From assembly GCF_009914755.1 (NCBI RefSeq), contig NC_060939.1: a DNA stretch of 64,000 nucleotides. One strand, 5' to 3'. The translations under genes and the position numbers were made by a program. This document shows, one piece after another, positions 50,736 through 62,850 of the stretch. The stretch is from the human T2T-CHM13v2.0 reference genome, Homo sapiens. The notes below the pieces were generated by a model. That model was not told the DNA's origin and did not search any database. It saw nothing but the letters and a program-made list of their open reading frames with translations. Each line of letters begins with the position of its first letter. The stretch's first letter is position 1.

Positions 50736-52869
50736 CAGAGACCTCTGCCCCTTTTTTTAAAAAATCTGTCTCTTTTACCATTCTATATTCCTTTTTCGTA
50801 AGGACCTTTTATTAAGATCATTGACATTTCTTTTTGCCTGAACCTCAATACAATTCGTAGACCATTATGGCACCAGTGAACAAAATTCTGAGATAAAAGC
50901 AATTTAACCAGAGTAGACTGATCGCTTGCATTTCCTATTAGATAAAGGCTATTAAGGACCAGCTATGTCATAATAAAATCTACTATTATGATACATTTTC
51001 TTTTCTTTATTATTCAGAGACAGTGGTCTTATTTAATTACCCATATTTGTGTAATGTCAATATGTAGTGATTCTTTTGGGATGGTGATTATTTTGCTGGT
51101 ATCTGATACCATCGTTTATGAGCAAAAATTAAAGACATCTACTTATTTAATACATCATTTTAAAATGAAAACATCCCATTTTATTTCATTTTGCATAACT
51201 GGATTTATAATTATTTTGCAATACTTTTTTTTTATTTCTGGACTCAGTACTCTTTTTGCATTTGGAACCTGGCTGTACATTTTCCATTAGGTTCTCCTAA
51301 TACAGGATCTCTTTTCTATTTATTGTTTTTTTCAGAGTACAGAACCCTCAAAATTGATTGAAATGTATCAGATGCAGTAGGAATTCATATTATAAATGAG
51401 AAAGAGACTGATCTTTGTATTTCCTTCTATGACTCCCAATTTACTATCTATCTTCCCTTCCCTCAAATCACATCATTTTATCAGTGAAAAAAAACAAAGT
51501 TATGAGCCAAAAAGATGGAATTCATACAGGTCGTCTACTGTACTATTAGCAACTCTGGGACAAAGTACTCATACGATGTACTGGGGTTACTCGGTTGTTT
51601 TAAAAGCCTCTTAAACATTTTGGCAAGAGGCTGTATTCTCATCCTGCTCCATTCAAAGCCAAGCTTGCTTTTAATCAGATTCAGGCTAAATAATATGCAC
51701 AGCAGAACGTTTTAAACTCTTGATGTCAACACGGTAAGTCCTGTAAAATTATATGGGTACAAATAATGCCGTTTTATCCAAGCGATTGACAGAAACCGGT
51801 GGTGCAGAAATTCAGAAAGCCCCTCTGGTAATACTCATGTAGCTGGAGAGGGGACCGGCAACTGGTCACTAGCTCCACCAGGGCCACTCCTGTCTGAGCT
51901 TGTCAAGAGGCAGGCAGCTCGCTGGGGTCTGTGAAGTCATTCTATAAAGCTCACCATAGGAACCGAGGAGAACGCTTTGCTGTAAGGACATACACAGCTG
52001 TGATGTCACAGGCACAAAGATAATAAAATGTGGCTAGTGTGGTGTCAACTACACCTTGGCTCTTTTGTCTTTTTTCACTCCTCGCATAATTTTGTATCCT
52101 TGTGCGAATCGCCTCATTAGGGAAAGAGACTGAAAATTGGGGTCAGGGTATTTAAACCTGACCTGTGCAGAGGCCAGACAAGGCCGGGGCCCACCGAGGC
52201 TTCACTTCAGAGCCCTGGACCACCCCTGAGGTGACACCAATTCAAGCCTCATTTTATAAAGGCCTTATTAATTATTGTCCTTATAAGAAGGAGAAGAAGC
52301 CTTATAAAGAAATGTGTCATTCTTCGAGTAGGAGTGGGCAGACAAAAAAAGGAAGAGAGAGGGAGAGGGAGAGGGAGAGAGAAAGAAACAGAGATCAAAA
52401 GGGAGCTTTTTTTTTCCTTTTGCTTTTCATGCCTCCAAACCTCAAAGGAGGTCGAGGAACAATCAGGCTCAGGGGTCTCCTGTGCTTTCTGGCAATTAGA
52501 CTCAGCTGATGGGCTGAAAGGGATTGAATGGCAGGGTTCAAGGCCCTTCTCCGGAGCTGCAGACAACAGGCTTTTCCAAAGCAGCCGAGCAGCAGACACC
52601 ATCGAAATCATTTCAAATGGAGACTTACAGCGAGGATTCATTAATTCACTGGCCTAAACAATTATGGGAACATATAATGTCTCTATAAACACTTTGATAA
52701 AGACTGTCATCTTAGACCTTCATTTTCCCTATTTTATTAGAGATTTTTAATGCCGGGTTGGAAAGGCATCTTTTATTTCTCCAATTACTGAATTATAAAT
52801 CCTTTTTCTGAAAATCATCCACCCCCCCAAATAGCTGAATATTTCATTTTTAACATTAGGCTGCAAAAT

Positions 52870-52996
52870 CTAAAAGGAAATATATATATATATATATATT
52901 TATATATAAATATATATATATACTAAAGGGAAATATATAGATTTATATATAAATATATATAGACTAAAAGGAAAAAAATATATATATATATATATC
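52870..52996. repeat. compound (TA)n minisatellite with three ctaaa(a/g)ggaaa anchors
   Basis: Anchors near 52870, 52923 and 52964, each followed by a TA run. Confidence 0.88.
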
Positions 52997-54869
52997 TCCA
53001 TATGTCCATTTTCCACCCTGAAATCCATAAAGCTTAAGTTGTCATCTGGCTTAAGCACAGCAAATTCACTCTCTGGATTATTTCTTTCACAGCCCCTTTA
53101 TGGTTCCTAGTTTCTCTTTATGTATTTTTTAGGGGATAAATTAAAAAAGTAAAATTTTATTATCAATTTAGTTAATGCTAGTTAATCACAGGGGAGGTAA
53201 ATACAAGAATCTAGTAAGATGTGGTCAGGGCGGGGGTAGTTAGTGATTTTCATTTAGATTGGAAAGAAAAAAAAAGAAAAAAGATAAGCCTATGAGCTGT
53301 TAGGCTTTAGGGATAGCTGGACAAATGTCCCAAAGAAAATCAAAGTGTTGGGGCTCCAGGTCGAGCAGCAAGAATGAATGATGCTGAATTTCAGGTATTC
53401 TACCTCCCGAGTGTAACGGGATCAAAATGATCGGGATCGGTTTGGTCACTGCCCAGATGAGTGGTAATTTGCAAAAGAGCACCATTAACCAGCTTTCAAA
53501 AGATAGGGACTGTTTTAAAATGGTGCCGAGTGGTTCTGTGAACCAAAATCAGCTTGTAGCTCCACTTTTATTTTCTCCATGGGGTTTCACCTATCACACC
53601 TGTTAGACTTTGAGTTTTTAGGTGGAGCTGACCTCGTGCACAGCACCCGGAGCAAAAATAGCTGGTCCTTTGCCAGCCAACGTGGAGAAAATGTTTATGT
53701 GTGTGTGATCGCATCGGGCTGCTTAGCAGGGCAAGGGTTAACTATTTACATACTGTCGACCCCTTTCAAGCAGGCACTGAGAACTGCTGCTTCTAGGCAA
53801 CCACATCAAACACTCGAGGGCTTTGGTGATCACTGATGACAAAGTAATAATAAAAAGAAATATGGCCGCTCTCAGGGCATCTTTCATCTGCTTACAGTGG
53901 GGCACTTGTTGCACAAAAGGCCAGTACTTTGTTTGACATATTTGGAAACTGAGGTAGCTGGCTCTTTTGCCACCCCCAGAGGTGGTCAGGCAGACTGGAA
54001 ACTGAACCCAAAGCACTTGACTTGACCACCCCACTTGGGAGAGAGCAGCCATCTTGATTAACAGGGAAAGTGTTGAGGGACTGCTACCTTCTTCATTCTC
54101 CAGGGGCCTGAGAGGGAAAGACAGTCGGCTGCTGTTACACAAATAGACACGGATTTAGGCTTCCAAGAGACCATTTTCCTGGGCAGACCATACTCTCATC
54201 TTCTGGACTAACGCTCAGCTTAAGCATATAAAGTGGTATCAGAAAACTCCCCGGGTACGGCAGGTTTGCCATGTCCACTCTGAATAGTTTCCTTGACTTT
54301 GCTGGACTAAGACAGAAGGTTGCACGGATGCAAGGAATGCCATGAAAATATTAGTCTAGGAGTTTCGGGTATATTCACCTGAGCTCATCCTTCTGCAAAC
54401 ACTACATTGTTAAATAAGAACTGAATCCCGATATTCATGGTTTGGATGAGTGAAATTTTATTTTCATGAAAATTGTATCCAGGTTACTTTTCTTCTTTGG
54501 GTAGGTAATAGGGCAGAAAAGGAAAAGAGTGTACCCTGGCAATCATGGTAGTTTCATTCTGTCTTCACTCCAACTCAAGTGGCTGAGGGAAGATGTTCAC
54601 CGCTGCTAACTCTGGCCCTCAGCAGAGGGAGGGTGACTGACTATGTGCTGGCCAGCTTTCTAATTTAATCTCTTCTCTTCCTTACCGAAAAGAAATAAGA
54701 TTTAGGGAGGTGCAGTTCTTTACCCAAGTTTGCAGAGCTGGTAATGCTAGTCTAGGCTTTGACTTGGTTCTGTATTCCTCCAACGTGTAGGGTTCTTTCC
54801 ACTTCATTTATTCACTTGTTTTCATTTCTCCATTTATTTTTCCATCTATTCATTCAAGAAATATTTTTG

Positions 54870-55315
54870 ACAATCCAAATGTCCATTGGTGGATGAATTG
54901 ACAAACAAAATGTGAAATATGCATATAATGGGATATTATTTAGCCTTGAAAGGGAAGGGAATTCTGACATATACTGAAATACAGATGAACCTTGGGGACA
55001 TGATGTTAAGTGAAATAAACCAGTGGCAAAGGACAAATACTATCTGATTCTACTCACATGAGGAAGCTGGGGTAGGCAAATTCAAAGGCACAGAAAATAG
55101 ACTGGTGGTTGCCAGGTGCAGGTAGGGGAAGGGAGAATGGGGAGTTATTGTTTAATGGGGACAGAGTTTCAGTTTGGGAAGATGAAAAAGTTCTGGAGAT
55201 GGATGGAGGTGATGGTTTCACAATAATGTGAATATACTTAATACATTGAACGGTATGCATAAAAATGGTTAAAAGGGCAAATTTTATGTTACATGTATTT
55301 TACCACAAAGAAAGT
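54870..55315 (+). mobile_element. L1MB-type 3'UTR
   Basis: gggacagagtttcagtttgggaagatgaaaaagttctggagatggatgg..aaaatggttaaaa..aaattttatgtta. Confidence 0.9.
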
Positions 55316-55759
55316 TATAAAAACTGTGTGTATTCTATATGAGTTCAAGAGAGAGGATATGAGGCTGAATACAAAGTCCACTTTCATAATTAAGAAAAAC
55401 AAAATCAAAAACTAAATAAAATGAAAGATTTTTCTCTCTGGTCCAGATTCAGCCCAGACTTGTCCGAGAAACACAGGCTGTGCCCAAGTGGAGCAAAATG
55501 ACAGATACTCAGTGCCTTGGTTAGGCAGTGAACACACTTTTTGTTTATCTGGGAACAGTATTTGACTCAGTTTTAATTATATTGAGATACATGGGCAGGA
55601 CATGCAGAAACTGTAACAATAAATAAAGTAGAGAAATGTCAATATTGGTGAATTTATTCTAATTCTTACTCTGAATATTTGCTATTTGTGTGTTATTATT
55701 GTTGCTTCACTTTGTTAGACCTGAGGTTGTTCTCATGCAATTTTTAAAAGAAATAAGTC

Positions 55760-55885
55760 CCAGTGTGATGTTCCCCTCCCTGTGTCCATGTTCAATCTGC
55801 ACGTTGTGCACATGTACCCTAGAACTTAAAGTATAATAATAAAAAATTCAAAACCAAAAAAAAAAAAGATTTGCCAAAAAAGAAA
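55760..55885 (+). mobile_element. tiny L1PA (about PA4-6) insertion with 5' inversion
   Basis: 14-bp TSD aaaagaaataagtc; inverted 3'UTR piece followed by the sense 3' end and A-tail. Confidence 0.92.
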
Positions 55886-57269
55886 AAAAGAAATAAGTCG
55901 CAACACTATTGTTGAGACATAGTATCTTCTCTTAGAGAAGCATGCTGTTTTCTAAAAACAATACTTCAACTTCCTTTACATTTAGCTCTGTTAATTTCTG
56001 GAGTTGATTTGATCGACATATATTATTCCTGGGTTTTTGAGTGCCAATTAAATGTTGAGCTTGCCTTGGGGCAGACACTTTCCTTCCCGTTTTCCTAGAA
56101 TGCCCTTTCTCTGAGCACAGGGCTCACAGACCCTTCGTTGCTCTCTTGCTGGGTGACACGCAAGTTCCTTTCTCGAATCTGAAATATTAATGCCCCATGT
56201 GTGGTAACACATTACCAAAAGAGGCACTGGGTCTGAGATTTGAATTAGCTTTTTCACTCTTGTCTCCTAAGAGTTTTTGTGGTTATTGATGTTTTGCTCC
56301 AATGTGTATATTTTGAAATCGGCCAGGTAGATTAAAGAATTTAATTTTAAAAATGCCAAGCTGAGAATTTAAACCTTATCATCTTTGAGCAGAGGTAAAA
56401 ATCCTTTATTCACTTCTAGTCATTTTGATTGTTTTTTTGTAAAATCTTTATTTTTCTATTGAAAACTGATATAAAAGCCAATTGAAGAGGGCAAAATGAG
56501 ATATACGTTGGTCTGATTGAAGAGGGGGATGGATGTGGGGAAGTTGTGAGGGTTCTAGAGCCCATCTATGTCAGTCTAGGTAATCTCTCCACTAAGGAAT
56601 GTCTGAGGGCTTTATAATGAACACTATCAGTGAATATAGTTTGAAATATTGATGGATTGAATTTATTGTCAATCAGTCTTCTTTGGGCACCTCACAACTG
56701 TCTTCTCTCTGAGATGTAGAACATAACATTGTGCTTAAACCACCACTTTCTCTGCATGACACAGGGGGACATCATTTCAATTTGCATTCACTTCCAAAAT
56801 TATACCTCCTTCCAAAATTTTTCTGTACTTTTTTCCCTCCGGAGAACAACTACCCTACTCATTTGTTTTGGATCCCCTCCAATCCTTGGATTCCCTCCTT
56901 CCTTTTTCCCAGCCTGTTGCTGCTTCCATCATGATAAACAATCCTCATTCCTCTTCCAGCTAGCCACTTAACCCTCTAAGCTCTGAAGTAGATTCGTTGC
57001 ATCTTGTTTGGATAAATGACAACACCTGCTTTTGACTTGGAGTATTACTTAAAGTATCGATATATGAACCTTTGTGACAATTTCTTGTTCCTAATGAGAC
57101 ACTATTTAGATGCCATTTAGAATGCTAACATTAATTCAATAAACATTCACTGATTTCCTCACTGGGGACCAGTGGAGATGAACCTGCCATACCCTTGCCT
57201 TCAAGATACTTGCAAACAGGTAAGGGGTAAAATGTAGACTTTCATGTATGAAAAAGAGGATTATGAAAA

Positions 57270-57452
57270 AATAATGATATGAACTGAGGGCCTGCAAGGT
57301 GTCAGACATTTTGCATTTATTTTTTTTATTTGAGTCATCGTTGCAATCTGATCCAATTTTTATTTTATTATCATTTTTAATATAGGATGAAACAGTTTCA
57401 GAGATGTTGGTTGAATCAGATCTGATTTCAAAGACCATGTTCTTTCCACTCT
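57270..57452 (-). mobile_element. MIR fragment
   Basis: tattatcatttt..ggatgaaacag.ttcagaga..tctgatttcaaag.ccatg.tctttccact. Confidence 0.6.
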
Positions 57453-59049
57453 GGTAAATCACCTGTGAGTCACTCTACAGAAGGGCATTGAGGCCCACGA
57501 TGTGCTAAGTAGGGCAAGGTACCCTAGATTACCAGAATGCAAAGATCTCCTAACCATGGTGCTGCTTGTGTTTTGCACCTACATTTCATTGTTCTTAGGA
57601 TCAATGGAAACAGCACAAAAAGATACCCACCTGGCAACTACCAAATGGCCAGGCTGTGGCTTCAGCAAAATTCAATCAAATCCAAGGCACACTTCTCCAT
57701 TCACCCAAAACAACTGCCCGGAGGTCATCAGCGCAGATTTCGCATTTGCCCAGCCCACACTCATGGGAAGAACCTACCCTTTGCTTTCCAGTGAACTGGC
57801 TTCTTGCACTGAATGAGTCATTTAAGCATCTACCAGGGCCTGAAAACCAGAGAGTGCAAAATGAATGTGGAAATACTTAGCATAACGTGAGGTTCTAACC
57901 ATTGATTTATGCTCCAAAAGTGTAAAAGTAACACATGAAGACTGATCAACAGTATCCTATAGATACTATAAGTTCTCGGGAAAGACTTTAGAGAATTCCT
58001 GCACAGGAGAAGTGTGCTAAACCTTTAGTGAGAGAAAATCCTTTTATGGATGGTGTTCAGTAATGCCTGAGAGTAGTGGTAGGGGTTGGCAGGGAGGGAG
58101 TTAACCAAATGTGCCCCAGAGCCATCCAGGGTTTTCATCTAAGAGAGTGTTCAATGTGCTATGAACCCCAATTAAAAATAACCCCCCTAGCTTGGTGAGC
58201 CCACCCCATCCTTAGGATAAACAAGATTTGATTCACTGCAGTTGCACTGTACTAGCTGTATTGTAGAGGAATACTGTATATATGCCTCCTCTGGGGAGGC
58301 ACAAAAGAGGCAGCTTAATTATCATCTAGCCAGAAGGATGGGGCATAGTTAACACCTTTCTGGGTGGGCTGAAATTAATGACCCTTTCCCCCCAGTATTG
58401 CCTACCTCCAAGCCTCTTTATAAATGACTATACAACACAGTAGTTGGTATTCAGATCACAAGAGAGGGCATTTAGCCAAAGCATTTGTCTACAGGGTTTG
58501 ATCTCTTTTTAATTTTATTCTGATTTACAACTGTGTTATTAAGTGAGATAACTGGATCCTGTCTGAAGTAGACCAGAGCCTTCCGTACTCAAATCTGAAC
58601 ATCTGAAGTTAACATTAATTTTTGAGATTGGACTTCATGCTTCTTCCCTAAGTGTTTTTGCAGGCTGCTTTCCCATAGCCACATTGAACCTTCCATTCTG
58701 CAGGACTGTGTGTGCAGCCTGCCTGCCCACTTCAGGCAGAGAGAGTGGGCTTTGGAGACAAAAAAGACTGGCCTTGTGAAGTGTGTTGCAGAAGGTTTAA
58801 AATTCACAGATGGGCAAGTGCCTGGGGAATTCAGTTCTCTTTTTTTGGGCAAGGGAAGGAGTGTACTCTATCTAATAATGATTGAATTTAAAATAGCATT
58901 TTCTCATATATATTTGTGTGTGTATATATATACATGTATGTGTATGTACACACATATATAGATGCATAAATATACACCTATTTAATAGTGTTTTCTCCTT
59001 ACATCAAACTTTTGCCATTTACAAAACAATGAGTGAAGATTTGGTGATG

Positions 59050-59835
59050 TCACAGGTGTTATGTGATGTAATTAGGTCATGTGGTAATCCACAATACAAT
59101 CTTGAAAAAAGCACTATTAGCCCCACTTTACCTTTGAGAAAAGTGACCTTCCAAGCCTAAGTGATTAATTCAAAGCTAATGAAGATTAGAGTGAAGGCTC
59201 AAACTCATTTTTTTTTCTAACTCTAAATTCAGTGGCATTTAATTGCATTATTCTGTCTTTTCTGGAGGTAAAGACATGGGTACAACGAGTCTACCTGCTC
59301 ATTCTCCCCACTTTTTTTCTCTAGAGTGGCACTGAGGTGTAGCAGTTAGGACCACCGGGTTCAATTTCACTTGCTACTCTGTGTACTAAAGGGAGGTTTT
59401 TAATATCTGCAAACCTTGATTTTCCATAATCCCAGCACTTTGGGAGGCCTAGGTAGAAGGATTACTTGAGTACAAGAGTTTAAGACCAGCCTGGGCAACA
59501 TAGTGAGACTGCTTCTGTACTGAAAATAAAAAATTAGCTGAGCATGGTGACTCATGCTTGTAGCCCCAGCTACTGGGGAGGCCGAGGCATGAGGATAGTT
59601 AGAACCCAGGAGGTCAAGACTGCAGTGAGCCATGACAGCATGACTGCACTCCAGCCTGGGTGACAAAGGAAGAGTCTATCTCAAAAAATAAAAATAAATA
59701 TAAACATGTAAATAAAATAAACCTTGGTTTTCACTTGTAAAAATGGCATCGATGAGAGTACCTATTTAATGGGAAATTTCTAAGGACAAAATAACTCAGA
59801 AAAAGTGCTCAGAATATGGTATGCCCTCAACAAAT
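59050..59835. mobile_element. two MIR relics (about 59050-59235 reverse; about 59335-59835 forward, split by Alu)
   Basis: tattagccccacttta; gggttcaattt..tgtaaaaatgg..atgagagtacct. Confidence 0.55.
59425..59718 (+). mobile_element. 5'-truncated AluJ (starts at taatcccagcac, no A box)
   Basis: TSD aaaccttgattttc (59411-59424) / aaaccttggttttc (59719-59732). Confidence 0.92.
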
Positions 59836-60527
59836 AGCATATTCCACCCTTTGGAGGTCTACGTGAATTCTTTATGTGATAGTGCTTCATTTTTCATGTG
59901 CCCGTATGATGTTTCCTACGTTCATTGTATCTTGAGTTATGTTCATTGAGTAGATCTTGAGGATCAAGACCTAAACTAAAAGATTTCATAATTGTCATTC
60001 CATTGTGCTCTGTTACCTTTATTCATGTAGCTCTATGGGGGAAGGCCTGTGTAAAAGTCCGCCTTAAATTTGATAAAATAACAGGATCTTTCTATCTTCC
60101 CACTCTTGATGCCCATAAATGTCATGTGGATAAGATCCTGAGGTCAAGGATGTGGCCTCTAAGACCTAAAAGGTAGTAGTCAAAATATCATGGGCAGATC
60201 TAAAGTAAAGGATTATGGGGGAATTAGGCCAAATGGATATGATCTAGAGTGTCAGCAAAGAGGTAGGTAGATCAGATTTTGTTGAATGCGTCACTGCTCT
60301 TTCAGCTAGCTTGTATACATCTCATAGGGTATGTGCCTGTCCTTACACTAGAGAAGCTTGAAGCCACCCTATACATTTCTGACAATCAGCATTAACAATG
60401 CATTCTCAAAAATTAATGTCCTCTTATAATGACTATTATGTGAACTACTCCAGAAATCCAGAAAACACTTATCCATGTTGAAGAAAAATACTACTGCCTT
60501 ACTTCTTTCAACAACATTTACTCCAGA

Positions 60528-62010
60528 GTTCATTCATTAATAGAAGCAATGTTTAATGAGTACATACTATGTGCTAAGCATTGGAGTAGGTGCTTGGGAT
60601 TCAGGAGAAAGCAAGAGCATATGAGCATATGACTTAGCTGTTCTAATGGAGCCTTCAGTCTAGTGGAGCAGATAGAACTTCATCAAATAAACACAGTAAT
60701 GAGCATTTAAAGATATCTAGAGACAGAATAAAAGTGAGCAACCAAGCATACAGGAAAATGGCTTTGTGGAAAGAGGTAATGAAGAAATATGACCTCAACC
60801 AGGGGTGAGGGAATTCTTAGGCTTTCTTGAAATACATGTTTCTTGAAAAACATTCTTTAAATGTTATACTGCTTGACATTTAAAGGCTGCAGAAAACTAG
60901 ATAGGATTGGAGGGAAGGTTACCAACAGATGGACCAACATGTGTAAAAGACCACTGGTGGAAAGAATATTAGCTTATTAGAAGTCCAGAAAAAGCCACTG
61001 GAGCTAGAACAGAGGGAATGAGAAGGAGGAAACTGTGCTGTGCAATTGGAAAGATAGTCAGTGGCCAGAGTATGTGGTCCTGCCTTGATTTTGGTGTTTC
61101 CTTATGAGTGGTCAGAAACCTTTCAATAGTGTTAAGCAGGGAGGTGACAGAATCCAGTTTTTCCTCTGAAAAAAATATGTGTGCTGCTGTGGGGATGATG
61201 GGCTGTGAGAAATAAACATTGCAAAAAAGAAAGTATGGCAGCTTGGAAATGGTATTTGAGATGTGGGCAAATTAATGGACTTGAGAAATATTTTGCACAT
61301 AAAATGGAAAGGATTGGGCAGTGGATTGGATAGTTCTGAATGTGAAGAGGAGAAAATCAGAGAGAAGCTCCAGACTTGTATAACTGGTTGCATGGTAGTA
61401 TCATTCCTTGAACATTCAGCCAACACTGAAAAAAATATTAAACTTTTATGTCGAGGTTGAATGATATTGGATCATTCAAATGAAGACAGGAGAGTTGGAT
61501 ATTTGGATTTAAAGGCATGAGGGGATTCTTTGGATGCATATATAAAACTGTGAGTCTTTGGCATTTGAAGCCGTAATAATTCAGGCCATGCACTTAGAAT
61601 GTTTTGGGAAATGGAATAGAGCAAGATGAGAAGAAGCACATGATAAGACTTCAAATATGCAAGACTAGGTGGATGGATGAGCCTACAAAGCAATCTGAGA
61701 GGGTACAGCAAGAAAGCAGGAGAAGAACTGGAAATATGCTGTGTCATGAAAATCAAAGGACAAGGAAGGAGTGACTGAGGATCAAATGTTCCAAGAGTCA
61801 ACATGAAGGCTGAAAAATCCTTTCCTCGATTTAGCAACTTTGTGACTGGTGGGGTAAAGAACTGTTCTGCCAAGTGAAGGGACATTACTCATCCTCTGAT
61901 TCATATGGTGGGTCAAGAGGCAACTGGAAGGTTAGCAAATGGGAAATATGAACACATATTTTTCAGGAAATATGGCTATAGGAACAAGAGGGGATATAAG
62001 GTAGTGCCTG
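60528..62010 (-). mobile_element. L2 3' region, reverse
   Basis: ttcattcatt..tttaatgag.ac.tactatgtgctaagca; ttaagcagggaggtgaca.aatc. Confidence 0.75.
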
Positions 62011-62014
62011 GAGG

Positions 62015-62850
62015 CCCTCATCTACCCTCATGATTGTAGCTAACATCTACATGGTACTGGTACCCAAATCTGGTTTTCTATCCCTGACACCTTCCAGTGC
62101 TACAGATCCGTACCTGCCAGACCTTTGAACTTCTTGAAATTCACACAAATCTCAACCCCATCATATTCAAAATAGAGCTTGTCCCATTTGCCCTTGGGCA
62201 AAACCCCCTTTTCCAGCTGTGGTCCTCAGTTCAGTGAACAGCACCTTTCCTCAACCAGCTTACAAGACAGAAAGCTGGGTGTCATAATCCCTTCCCCTTC
62301 ACTCTCAGATCACCATTTAAGTAATTCCCAACTCTTACATATATCTCAGATCTATTCACTTCTCTAATTGGCATCTCAAACCTTGCATGTCCAAATAGGA
62401 AGTCTTGATTTGTACCCCTGACCTTCTAATTTCCCACTGACTACTTCTCACTGCTTCCCCTGGTACCCTGAACACACCACCAAGATCTCTTGCTTGGGCT
62501 ATTGCAGTAGAACTTCTAGTGCTTCTGGCCATTCTCATTTATGATTCTCCACAAGGAAGCAAAGGCAATCTACAGAGTCATTTCTTAACTCTCACATCTA
62601 AAGTAGCTACCCCCATTCTCCTTGCCACTGTCTCTCACAATGCCTGTTTTATTTCCCTCACAGGACAAGCACTGATCTCTTCTCGAATCTCTTATAGAAA
62701 TATGTGTTTCCTTCTTTATTTTATGCCTCTCTCCATTAGAATGCAAGCTGCAGGAAAGACAGATGTTTTCACTGCTGCATTTTCAGTAAGTTATACAGTG
62801 TCTGGTACATAGGAGGGTCTCATTAAGTAAGTTTTGAATAAATAAATTCT
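62015..62850 (+). mobile_element. L2 3' region, forward
   Basis: gcatctcaaacctt.catgtccaaa; acagtgtctggtacatagg..tgaataaataaat end. Confidence 0.75.

Noticed and set aside
52165-52657. Three overlapping 107-130 aa ORFs
   Set aside because: Open frames are explained by a stop-poor GA repeat; composition is low-complexity.
53738-54142. 134-aa minus ORF (also 49155-49562, 61472-61885, 62823-63218)
   Set aside because: No recognisable domain, some lie in L2/MIR relics, and lengths are within chance expectation for 64 kb.
54612-54635. CTCF-like tcagcagagggagg
   Set aside because: Two core mismatches; not distinguishable from chance.
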